From Octopus sinensis (Eukaryota), in NCBI RefSeq assembly GCF_006345805.1, contig NC_043009.1:14198001-14262000 (forward strand): 64,000 nt of DNA, written 5' to 3'. The notes beneath the pieces are model-generated. The model had not been told where the DNA came from. It ran no database searches and saw only the letters and a program-made list of their open reading frames with translations. This document shows positions 1 to 11,038 of this stretch, in pieces. Numbering within the stretch: position 1 is the first letter of the stretch; each line of letters starts with the position of its first letter. A program made the position numbers and the translations under genes.

Positions 1-488
1 ATTTGATCAAGTCCTTTCGAGCAGAGCTGACCTGTGCTAAACTACAACGTGAACAACATGAATAGTACTGCCACCGTAACTACAATTACCACCATCCTGA
101 ACAACATCAACAGCATTCTCGCCCCATCGTCACTCCAATACCAATATCATCATAGCCATTATATTCATCATCATCATCGTCATGTTGACGACGGCGACGT
201 CGACGGCCTCCCCTACCATCATCATCATCATCATCATCGCCACTACCGCGGCCCGCGCCGCCGCAACGACCCCACTCCGTCTACCACAACCACTGCTGTC
301 GCAGTCGTCAGTTATAATCGCTTTCCTCCTCGTCATATTCGTTATTATTGACAGTTGAATAATCAAATAAATTCTGACAGAAATTATAATTAAATGTAAA
401 AATATGAACAAAATGAATAAATATAAAATTGAAAAGAAACAAAAAAAAAACAAACTGAAGAACACGGCAGTAAAACTCATTAACTCAC

Positions 489-742
489 CCACATCTTTGC
501 GAATGTTTCGATTTTCGTATTCTTAAAGAAAGCCATGACACCACTGTTTTTGACAGTGCCGTATTTGATTTTGGTTTGTTTTGGAAGATCAGAAATTGTT
601 TTGATGGGAGTATTGATCTTCTTCACTGTAAGGAAGGCAGCTAGATTAGCAGTGTACGAAGAGATGAGGATAAGGGCAAAAAACCACCAAGCGCTGGTAA
701 GGATACGTCCGGGCACTGTGTTTGGGGAAGCATCTGTGTTTC
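489..742 (-). CDS. iGluR-family subunit exon: end of pore loop, M3 (SYTANLAAF), start of S2
   Basis: Minus-strand acceptor tctaacAG at 744-743 and donor GTGAGT at 488-483. Translation: (G)[93 protein letters not shown] is the hallmark iGluR gate motif. Confidence 0.96.
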
Positions 743-972
743 CTGTTAGAGTAAAAGATGAAAATAATTATGGCAAGGATTTTGTGTAAATAAAAATACA
801 AATGTATTATAACTTTGGACAAACTAAACTGTTTCTTGCAGATATAATAAACTTTCTAAACAAGCCTTCCTTGCTGGATTTATACAGAAGTCATTAATTC
901 TGTATAAAAACAAAAATGTAGTGTCTCAAATAAAAAGCGGACTGTTTATGCAACCAAATCAAAAGGAATTTG

Positions 973-1044
973 TACATGTAGGTCTAGTGGTTAGAATTTC
1001 GCGCTCTCACCGTAGCGGCCTGGTTTCGATTCCCCACTTGGGAA
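973..1044 (+). pseudogene. tRNA-Glu(CTC)-derived pseudogene
   Basis: GGTCTAGTGGTTAGAATTTCGCGCTCTCACCGTAGCGGCCTGGTTTCGATTCCCC resembles tRNA-Glu with a CTC anticodon. The acceptor stem (TACATGT/CTTGGGA) and anticodon stem are mispaired. Confidence 0.7.
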
Positions 1045-1058
1045 ATAGTTATTTCGTC

Positions 1059-1434
1059 GCAAGCGTGGCTGTACGGTAAGAAGCTTGCTTGCCAACCCCA
1101 TGGTTCAGCATTCAGTCCAGTTGTATGGCACCTTCGGCAAGCCTTGGGCCGATTAAAGCCTTGTGAGTGGATTTGGTAGACGGAAACTAAAAGAAGCCTG
1201 TCGTGTATATGTGTGTGTGTGTGCATTAGTATAAATGTGTGTGTGTGTCTGTATTTGTCTCCCAACCATCGCTTGACAACCGATGCTGGTGTGTTTATGT
1301 CCTCGTAACTTAGCTGTTCGGCAAAAGAGGCCGATAGAATAAGCACTAGGCTTACACAGAATAAATCCTTGTGTCGATTTCTTCGACTAAAAACCCTTTA
1401 AGGTGGTACTTAAAAAATTAAGAATAAAAGAATA
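1059..1434 (+). mobile_element. tRNA-derived SINE, family 1
   Basis: GTGGCTGTACGGTAAG head, the GCCTTGTGAGTGGATTTGGTAGACGGAAACT body shared with at least six other copies in the window, and a short-repeat tail. Confidence 0.8.
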
Positions 1435-1541
1435 AATGATTGTTGAAGTGCAAAATAGACTAAGCGTGATTATAAAGTTATTCGTCTGTACTGAACTCCA
1501 CTCAAGCGGCCAGCGCTATTTGAGTATAGTTCAATAAAGTT

Positions 1542-1923
1542 GGAATCTTTTCGGTTTGAACGGCAGCTTTTCTAGCGGTGTCATATGAAATTGTCACCCA
1601 TAATTATGACCCTAGAATCGATCTATTGCATTTCAATCTCTTTTAGGGTTAGGGTTAGGGGTGGTGGGAAGGGTATCTGTTTTTTCTTCACAAATGTAAA
1701 TAAACCCAATTTGTTTCTTAAACGAGGGACATATTCATACGGCACAGAATGCTTTTTACCTCAATAGACGTCACTGATTGGTTGGAATTGCAGAAATTGA
1801 AGAAATAACAAATATCTTACAAACTATAGAATTTTCTCAATAAAGGCAAGAGAATAAGAAGTTTAACATTTTTTAATTATCTAGAAATTATGTTAAAAAC
1901 TGCTGTTCAAACCGAAAAGATCC
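1542..1923. mobile_element. MITE / non-autonomous DNA transposon with ~28-bp TIRs and internal (TTAGGG)3
   Basis: Left GGAATCTTTTCGGTTTGAACGGCAGC versus right revcomp GGATCTTTTCGGTTTGAACAGCAGT. Flanks TAAAGTT / AAAAGTT are a possible TSD. Confidence 0.75.
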
Positions 1924-2762
1924 AAAAGTTGAACATCAGACACGATAAATTAATGGAACGACTCAAATTGGAACTCTAATATTATCTGTTGACTTTAACG
2001 AAGCAATTGAGTTTTATCTTAATTTAGTCACAGAATTATCGTGTACACAATATTTCCTACCACTTTACTAATTAATCGAATGTACTGGCATACAGATACA
2101 TTTGAAGTTAATGTTTTCAAAATTAAAAAAAACAAAAACAACAGCCAGCACTAATAGACGTATAGTATATATTAGAGATGTTTGAATGAGTTAAAAACTG
2201 AGAGGAATGTGTATAGAAGGAAGAGGGGGTTGTAGGAATAAAATTGACAATCCTTAAAAATAAAAAAAAGAGGAAATTTCTTAAAAAATAGCCAAGAAAG
2301 GGATGGGATAGCTGAAAATTGTTTTACAAGTGTCATAAATGAAAAAAGAAGAATACACACACACACACACACACACAGTGTATATCGAGCGTGAACAGTT
2401 AGATCTACGACTGCTACTTTTGATTTTAGAGCTCTTCGTAGATTTTCACCATCCATTCTACTTCCAGTATAGTACTTAAGTTACAGCTAAGTAGTACAAC
2501 TAGTTATGATGTACAGAGCAAGTTTATCATTTCTCTTTCTCTCGCCCCCCCATATATATATATATGTATATATATATATAGAGAGAGGGTAGAGAGATAA
2601 ATACGTATCTAGCTAGCTATTTATCTATATAAAAAAACATACAAAATGGGACAAGAACGCAAAACATCCAGAAGACGATACAAAAAACACGACCGGGTCA
2701 TTCGAAGCCAATCATCTTCAGTCAAGAACCGGATCATCCTCGCAATTTCGGCTGATTAACAG

Positions 2763-2826
<64 letters not shown>

Positions 2827-2902
2827 TGATACATTGCCAACAGCCTTACGCGTTATACAGATTCAGGGATGCATATATTTATACATACAGAGATATACTT
2901 GC

Positions 2903-3206
2903 CTTGTAGTAAAGATCCAAAGATGAACCAGAAGCTCTCCCTGAACGAAATCGAAGGATAATCCTTTTTCTTACGCATGCCCAGTTTCTCCAGGAAGTAC
3001 AGTATTACACTGACGACAATAAATGCCCCGAATGTGCATATCCAAACAGGTGGCGAGAGGGGGTTGAGGAACTCAAAATATGATGTTTCTAGTTTAGTTT
3101 TCTTCATGATTACACTAATGTAGCGAGTCATAAAAGGTTTAGTGAAATCCACTGCCTCCTCGCGCTGTGAATTGATGCTGAGGGGCGATACTGTCATAGT
3201 GGCATT
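2903..3206 (-). CDS. iGluR-family subunit exon: end of S1, M1, M2 up to the Q/R-equivalent site
   Basis: Acceptor ttattttAG at 3208-3207. Translation: NATMTVSPLSINSQREEAVDFTKPFMTRYISVIMKK...FLNPLSPPVWICTFGAFIVVSVILYFLEK...SFRESFWFIFGSLLQ(G). The only frame-compatible donor is the non-canonical AAG|GCAAGT at 2902. Confidence 0.94.
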
Positions 3207-3382
3207 CTAAAATAAAGTGAAGAGATTAATCAATTAGTGAAGTGAGAAAAAGATGAGACAGAACGTGAGATATTTACATAGATAAACGAAGAGAGGGTTA
3301 AACAATGACAGAATAAATATTTGCTAGAAAGATTTGATAACCATTAAAATAACAAACCTGGAATAAAAAGATGTTAAATAAA

Positions 3383-3950
3383 TATTAGGGTTACCGAAAA
3401 GTAATCTCATATTTCATGCCATGAACTCAAATGAGCATAAAGCATATCGTTCATATATTTATTGATTCAAAATAAAAGGGCCTCGTTAGCAACAACATAC
3501 GGTCCACAAATCAGGTTTTTTAAAGAGAAAAGTTTTTAGTGTGCCTTTTCCACATCCACTATTCTTCTGAATGTCTTTCCTCTTGTAGACCAGAGTGGTG
3601 CTAGGTGTTAAGAGTAGAGAGTGGGAGCTCATGAAGTACCTGCTTCGATTTTCTGTACACTTACTCAATCTACTGCTTCATCAGCACTTGTAAAGTGAAC
3701 CAGGTATTATTAAGCTCTCAGAATAAGTACCCGATACTTTAACAGTTTTCACTGTGTCACTATACAGAGCATAGTTGATCTTCCTGATCGAAACCCGACT
3801 CAATGATCGAAATAACCGATTTTGCATTTGCTGAAGCCTCTTTGACATTTTCGAACACTAGCACCATCATATTACACATTTTCCTCTTGTACTTGTGGCG
3901 TTTTTGCTCATAGGAAATTAGTAAAGCATGCTATGCCGAATATGCACCTT
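3383..3950 (-). mobile_element. Decayed mariner-like transposon fragment
   Basis: The minus strand reads HIRHSMLY*F..KNAT, like the mariner N-terminal HTH region. A TIR-like TATTAGGGTTACCGAAAAGTAA lies at the left end. Many stops. Confidence 0.45.
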
Positions 3951-4006
3951 ACTTAGATTCTTGTCTCTCAAGAGCTATTAGATAGAGAATATATATATAT
4001 ATATAT

Positions 4007-4091
4007 ATCAAAACAAGCAACGAGGATATCCAAGGTAGAGTAGTACAATTGTTTTTACTCTACCTTGGATATCCTTGTTGTTTATTTCGAT
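4007..4091. repeat. ~36-bp inverted repeat (hairpin) from a Penelope-associated repeat
   Basis: ATCAAAACAAGCAACGAGGATATCCAAGGTAGAGTA and TACTCTACCTTGGATATCCTTGTTGTTTATTTCGAT are near-complementary. Related sequence occurs at 40620-40780. Confidence 0.7.
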
Positions 4092-4504
4092 TTATATGGA
4101 TAATACCATGCAAAATTCTGCTGCCTTTAACTTAAGTACCATATTCATCTGAACGCACACACACACACATATATATATATAAACTTTTATTAAAGTTGCG
4201 AAATCTTCACAAAACTGTTACTCAGAGTTACACGTTCCTATTCATTGGACAGTTATTAAGTATTCGAGTACTAATTATTTCAACCTTGTTTTGCATTCAT
4301 ATACTTGCTTGTGTGTGTGTTGTATGTGTGAGTATCATGAAATTAGGCAGCAATTTAGAAATGTACCACCCAACAGGAAAACTATAATTGTTATTAGAAC
4401 TCCTACAAGGTAAAGTGGTCTGATGCTCAGTCAACGCACATAATTGTCTACATACATACTGACAGTCAGCGTAAACGGACAATAGTGGCAGTCGTAATAC
4501 ACGT

Positions 4505-4572
4505 AAACCGTCGACGGTTTCGGCTTTAACTCCGCAGTCACTTCAGTAGAGTCAGCAAAACTCGTCAGATTC
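4505..4572 (-). ncRNA. Hammerhead ribozyme-like motif (minimal type I, palindromic stem III)
   Basis: Minus strand: CTGACGA-G...C-GAAAC-CGTCGACG-GTT. The core nucleotides are intact, stem II is partly paired (TGACTC/GAGTTA), and stem I is not evident. Confidence 0.5.
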
Positions 4573-5246
4573 CGGATAAGATCGCCACCAGTATATATGT
4601 CAACTCCATAGAAATCTGTGGATAATTTACCGAATCGTTAAAGTATATACAAATGATTAAATTAGGCATCGGTTTAGCAATGTATCAGAGCACTTTAGCT
4701 CTTATTTCTAGCATTTTAGGTGTTCTAACATAATGTCATATTTAATGATAATCATAATTTTCCTCTGTGTGTGTGTGTAATATTTTGGACTAATAGGTAT
4801 ACATACATACATACATACATACATACATACATACATACATACATACATACATGCATGCATACATCGTGTGTCCACATTAACGTATAATCATTAAATCTAT
4901 CCTGGTTGGATGACTTCAAAGACACCTTTGATTGTCTTGTTATACCAAAAGTATCGTTGGTATGATGTCAAAAATGTTTTCTTGAAAAACGACTTTTCTT
5001 TTCGGTACCTCTGATAGAATAGAATGTACAATACAAAATGTGCAGAAATACTGCATAGAGTACATAATCTATAGAATTAAACGATTTAACTGATCGATTG
5101 ATGCACTTAATTTTACTCTCTACAGTGAAGTCTTTCTGTGTTTGCATCAACGTACACCCTGTATTGAACTGACCCATCTCCAGACAATAAATCTACAGCA
5201 AATGTAGTCTCCAGCCGCAAGCGTTTACGATGGAGGGGTATTTGAT

Positions 5247-5482
5247 GTGAAGGCGGCGAGCTGGCAGAACCGTTAGCACGCCGGGTGAAATGAGTAGCCG
5301 TATTTCGTCTGCCGTTACGTTCTGAGTTCAAATTCCGCCTGGGTCGACTTTGCCTTTCATCCTTTCGGGGTCGATAAATTGAGTACCAGTTACTCACTGG
5401 GGTCGATGTAATCGACTTAATTCGTTTGTCTGTCCTTCTTTGTCCCCTCTGTGTTTAGTCCCTTGTGGGCAGTAAAGAAATA
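5247..5482 (+). mobile_element. tRNA-derived SINE, family 2, with TSD
   Basis: GGCGGCGAGCTGGCAGAA head, GAGTTCAAATTCC B-box, tail ...GTAAAGAAATA. TSD GGTATTTGAT at 5237-5246 and 5483-5492. Confidence 0.85.
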
Positions 5483-6702
5483 GGTATTTGATATTGAGTG
5501 GTATTGGAATGGAAATAGGCCCTTGTCATTCTAAAGGATCACAACCATGAGAGAATCAGTAACGAGTCAACGAGGGAATTTCTACGGAATCCATCACAAT
5601 GCTAGAAATAATAGCAGTTAAATATTCCTTAACTTCCTTCATTGCATTTTATATGACAAGACGTTTTAAAAATATAGTGATTATACTAAAAAAAAAAATG
5701 GATGCCCATTATCTGAATTCTATTGACCATAAGTCTCCCCGATTAGGGTTGACTTCTGGCTAAGCAATGATACAAACTAACGGGATACTCAAAGTGGTTT
5801 CTGCTAATGATAATTATAACCGCTAATCATTTGACCCTTTAGTTCCTACTTACAAATAGGTGGAGTGAACTATTGAGAATAAGTGTAATGCTAGTATCAA
5901 TATACAAACCGCGCTATCCTCTTGCTTGGTTGCACAGTATCCTATTCATTCGATTTATGAAACTCCCAATCGATAGGATTGTCTATTTCACTTTATCGTA
6001 TTCAGATATTTCTTCTTAAAGCACATCAATATACATCACACTTCGACTTTCATCAGTAATCTGTCTACTTAACAGTTTACAGATAAAAAATTATCTATTT
6101 GACAGTTTGCTAAGACAGCCTTTTAATCAAAATTATTTAACAATCAATGTTCAGTCAGTAAATTATGTCCTAGCTTCCTCTCTAGCTAGGATTCTGCACC
6201 TATAAACGAGTCAGATATTTCAAACTAACTCGATGCACCATCATTATTTCTGTCAATTACTCTGATATGTCGCACTCTGGGCTTTGTTTTAAATACTTTA
6301 TCTTGTCTTACTCTCTCTGAATTACAACCCATTGAAAACCTGGAAACGTTCAACAAGATATACTAATCTTATATTCTAGCATTAAAACTTTTTTTCTACT
6401 AACAAATGAGATGCAAATCCAGTCTATAAATGTATAAGTCGATTAAACTATAATCATATAACTAGGTATTTCCACGGTTATCTTGAAAGTTTTAAAATTA
6501 GCAGAAGTTTATGCAGAATTATCATAATTTCTCATGAAAGTTATCAGTTGTTGAAGCAATGGATGCTTTAGATGATGTGAAGTGAACGGGCTTGAGGAAA
6601 TGTTACTTACGATTTTCTTGAGAAACACCTGATCCACTCTTGTTTCTTTTCTATTAAGATTTTGCTATGAAAATTATTATACATGTTTTCTAAGAATAAT
6701 AT

Positions 6703-7116
6703 ATACTCTTTTACTCTTTTTACTCTTTTACTTGTTTCAGTCATTTGACTGCAGCCATGCTGGAGCACCGCCTTTAGTCGAGCAAATCGACCCGGGACTT
6801 ATTCTTTGTGAGCCCAGTACTTATTCTATCGGTCTCTTTTGCCGAACCGCTAAGTAACGGGGACGTAAACACACCAGCATCGGTTGTCAAGCAATGCTAG
6901 GGGGGACAAACACAGACACACAAACATATACATACACATACATACATATATATATACATATATACGACAGGCTTCTTTCAGTTTCCGTCTACGAAATCCA
7001 CTCACAAGGTATTGGTCGGCCCGAGGCTATAGCAGAAGACACTTGATGCCACGCGGTGGGACTGAACCCAGAACCATGTGGTTGGTAGGCAAGATACTTA
7101 CCACACAGCCACTCCT
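6703..7116 (-). mobile_element. tRNA-derived SINE, family 1
   Basis: Full-length copy with AGGAGTGGCTGTGTGGTAAG head and (TAAAAGAG)n tail; highly similar to 12984-13419 and 14546-14984. Confidence 0.88.
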
Positions 7117-8199
7117 GGAAAATATTAAGTAATCTTAACTCTAAAAGGAAATTGAACACATGATCTATCCATATCATTATTCTATTAGACTACATAAAAA
7201 CAAACGCTTTAACAAATCAGAATACGATACACTATGATACATGGGAAAAGTGGAGCTGACTGAACTTAAACCTACATTCGTAATGTATGAAGTACAATAG
7301 CTTGCCCTGCGAGTTATGAATCCTATCAAAATATATCACTTATATATATTAAATTTAGTTTTAAATATTGATTTTCCAGTCAATGAATGCTGAAACTATA
7401 ATAAGTTAATTCTTTGATTCAATTTCATAGTTTAACAGCCAATTGTTTACAGAGAGTATAAATGTTGTGTGTGTAACTGTTTAAGTATTCCATTTCATCC
7501 CATCGTTAAAGCATTACATACGTTGACAGTAACAGAATAATGTAATACACTTCAAATGAAAACAGTATTTTATCTGCACTGGAAGGTGGGAATTATGATA
7601 AACTCCCCAATCGCATTGTATCATATGATAAAGTAAATTAAGCACGCACTTGAAAGTGTTCACTCGGAACAAAGCTACATGGAATACGAAGAATTATTGT
7701 TTATCGTTAGATAAACAATAAATATATCATAGATACTTCTGGTCGTAAAACAGACTTTATCTTTTGACTTTCATGATATCATCAGTATTTTGACACACAT
7801 GTGAAACAGATATGTTTTACTTGATAAAACGTTTATCACAGAGGTGAGCACTATACAAGCGACATCCACAAGTTTCCATATCTGATAACCGTTTTACGTC
7901 TCTCAGCTGTTTTGTTTAACTAAGCATATCTATCATGGGTTTTCTTTGTTGCTATCACCGGGAGATAAAACTTACATACTTTATCAGAAATAGGAAACGA
8001 TACGATTTCTTTTGTTGACAAGCGCAGAAGATTCCGACAATTAGCATTGACGATCCAGGTTCACCTCCCAGACGAATCTGTTTATTTCACTTATGTCACT
8101 AATCTACAAAAGTCTCTCTCAATCGAATATGAACACCGCAGTAAAAGAACTGTTTGTTAAAATTTTAAAGACCACCACAACAAGGTAAATAACTCTAAG

Positions 8200-8720
8200 A
8201 ACTCTTTCTTCAACAGGCACAAGGCCTGACATTTTTTTGAGAAAGGACCTAGTCTATTACATCCGCCCCATGATGGAAGTCAACATCGATCTCAGTGGAG
8301 ATTGAACTCAGAACTAAACATTTCGTCCGATCCGCTAACTATTCTGCCAGTTTGCTGTATTAACAATAATTATAATAGCAAAATATTGTTCTACTATAGG
8401 TACAAGGCCCTATATCTTTTGGGGTGGGGGCTAGTCAATTAGATAGACCCTAGTACGCAACTGCTACTTAATTTGTCGACCTCGATGGATAAAATGTAAA
8501 GTCGACCTCGGCGGAATTTGAACTCAGAACGTAAAGACAGACGAAATACCTATTTCTTCACTACCCACAAGGAGCTAAACACAGAGAGGACAAACAAGGA
8601 CAGACAAACGGATTAAGTCGATTATATCGACTCCAACGACCCCGAAAGGTAAAGGCGACCTCGGCAGAATTTGAACTCAGAACGAAATACAGCTGAGCAT
8701 TTCGCCCGGCGTGCTAACGC
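8200..8720 (-). mobile_element. Cluster / nested copies of SINE family 2
   Basis: Repeated GTCGACCTCGGCGGAATTTGAACTCAGAAC blocks, with an internal tail|GGTATTTCGTC junction near 8550. Confidence 0.75.
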
Positions 8721-8751
8721 TTCTGCCAGCTTATCGCCTTATATCATAATC

Positions 8752-8824
<73 letters not shown>

Positions 8825-8825
8825 A

Positions 8826-8890
<65 letters not shown>

Positions 8891-9024
8891 TTAATTATTT
8901 ATGTCTCACTTTAACAACAAGAACATTAACAGCAATAAATACAACAATATTCATAAAGGAAATAAAAATACCGTAAAAATAAATGAAGCCAAAATATAAA
9001 AAAGCAAGATTATATCATAATTAC

Positions 9025-9228
9025 CCCAGCAAGGACTTCGCCAATCATTCCATTCCAATCTCCGTTGTCCATTTTAGCGCCAAAGTTTCCATCGCCAACG
9101 AGATACAAATCATATTCAAAGCCCAAGCGTTTCGATACGACATCCATTAAATCAACCGCGAAACCTTTAAACCGGTCGTTTCCGTATCGTTTTTCGTAAT
9201 CGTCTTTATACATAGTGAATGGCTTTTC
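9025..9228 (-). CDS. iGluR-family subunit exon: S1 ligand-binding lobe
   Basis: Acceptor tttttccAG, donor GTAATT, 204 nt, phase 0/0. Translation EKPFTMYKDDYEKRYGNDRFKGFAVDLMDVVSKRLGFEYDLYLVGDGNFGAKMDNGDWNGMIGEVLAG matches the iGluR S1 motifs (GF.VDL, DG.FG, WNGMIGE). Confidence 0.96.
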
Positions 9229-10002
9229 CTGGAAAAAAACAACAAGCTTGACTGTGTGTAAGTACGCATGCGTATGTACATGTACAACCATAGACACACG
9301 TTTGCATATATATATAGTTGCAATTGGTGTTAGGAAAAGCGGAATAAGTTGAACAAATGAAAGTATACTCAATATCTGAAGCAGAGTGAATATCTAACAT
9401 CGTATAAACTTGATTGCTTCTCATTAATTCAAGTTGCTTCACTTTAGTCAGCACAACGTGACCGAAGCCCACAAGAAACTTGGAGTAACGGTAAAATAGT
9501 ATACTTTAATATATATATACATTATTTCTGCTCTGTTATAGCTAGATAAATAACCATACGTTAGAACTCAATATTCTCATAATCACTGGCCTCTGCGAGC
9601 ATTGACACGTCAAGTGACAGCGATACTCTCACTCGGACCAGAAGAGAGCAACAGAAGTGCAAAATACAGGGCTAATTGTAAATGTCAAAAGAACACGGAT
9701 TAGTATCTAAATCCATTAGCTTACAGGTGTTTGAGTACGAAATTAAAACCGTGTATAGTAATGAATATTGTCTCATTCAAATTCATTTCCTTTAATCAGA
9801 GCCACGTTGAATATGATTATTTGAGAAAAAAAAAACCTTAGAGAAAACAAGATTTTAAACTCTAATAACATTTTTGCATTTACCACAAGGAAGGAGAGTG
9901 AAAAATCATTAAAATAACAACTTACAGAACCTGTATGTTTCCATGCAAAATCTATTACAATAACCACTTATGGAACTGTTTACAAGAGGTGTTGCAGTAA
10001 TA

Positions 10003-10214
10003 TTGGTTTCAAACTTTGTACAATGCCAACAACTTGGCGGAGGAGTTACATCGATTACATCGATCCCAATTCTCAGCTGGTACTAACTTTATCGACCCCC
10101 AAAAGATGAAAGCAAAATCGATCTCGGCGGAATCTGAACCCAGAAGGTGAAGACGGACGAAATGCCGCAGTGCATTTCGCCCGGCCTGCTAATGCTTCTG
10201 CCAGCTCACCGCCT
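10003..10214 (-). mobile_element. SINE family 2 copy
   Basis: Similar to the other family-2 copies (GGCGGTGAGCTGGCAGAA head on the minus strand). Confidence 0.75.
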
Positions 10215-10679
10215 TATTGTTATTGTGGTAACATTAATATCAATATTTTCTTCAGTCTTTATCGAAAATTTGTACATTTTCACGAGGGGTTATGGTCGGT
10301 TATATTCTCCTGGTAATTATGTTCCTGATATCCAGGAGTATGAGATAAAAAAAGAGACTTGAACTCTGTAAGTAAAAATTACGCAACTAAATACCGAAAG
10401 GCCCGACATTGAATCATTACTGCAAATATACGGAATCGAATAAAATCACAGTAATGCTTAATTCATTTCATTACTGAAAGCAGACAGAAATGTCTTGTGT
10501 AGACCCATAAAGATTATAAGAAAACCTCGAGCGTAAAAGAAGGCAAAGACTAAATATACTTATATATATTTTCAGGTTCTATCTTCCTAACTTTGATAGT
10601 TAAAGAAATATTCTGGTGGAAATGGCATAGTCGATATGATGCATTAGAGTACTTCCCTGGAATTATAACAATAACTTAC

Positions 10680-10799
10680 CAAGATAGAGACCACTTTCAC
10701 TCTGCGTCCCTTTAAAGGAAACATATATGTGATATTCGGATGGATTTTACGTTGATACACATGAAACTGTTTGGAAGTAGTAGAATTCCAGATTGCAAT
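10680..10799 (-). CDS. iGluR-family subunit exon: ATD-S1 linker (absent from the ORF track in this frame)
   Basis: Acceptor tattttcAG at 10801-10800, donor GTAAGT at 10679, 120 nt, phase 0/0. Translation IAIWNSTTSKQFHVYQRKIHPNITYMFPLKGRRVKVVSIL joins EKPF, like the iGluR 'IG.W...L.NRTL.V.TIL-E.P' segment. Confidence 0.9.
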
Positions 10800-11038
10800 C
10801 TGAAAATATATGTAACAAATAAATATTTAGAGAAAAAATTTGAGGGAAATAACCATACAAATATTAAATCAGGGAACTTGTATTGAAATAGTAAAAATAT
10901 CTGATTCATCAATGAATAATTAGATTTTCAAATTATACATGTTACTTGAGTCGTTACATACATGTAACCTAAGTTATATACATACTATTTAATAGTTTGC
11001 TGCTTAAGGTATCATATATTTGGCTCCAGCTGCTACAT

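Larger units (their letters stand above)
743..2902 (-). other. GC-AG intron interrupting the pore-tip Gly codon
   Basis: The donor is CAAG|GCAAGT (consensus except T>C at +2). Joining G|GA restores the reading frame; the nearby GT (AA|GTATAT) gives a frameshift. Confidence 0.85.

Noticed and set aside
34-351. His/Thr-rich 105-aa ORF on + (and the antisense 120-aa ORF)
   Set aside because: Built from (CAT)n/(ACC)n-like simple repeats in an intron; no domain or splice support.
973-1044. Functional tRNA-Glu gene
   Set aside because: Acceptor and anticodon stems are mispaired and there is no oligo-T terminator directly downstream; kept as a pseudogene.
2853-2902. ORF extension KYISVCINICIPESV and the alternative GT donor at 2898
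   Set aside because: Intron read-through; the GT donor is phase 2 and incompatible with the phase-1 acceptor at 742.
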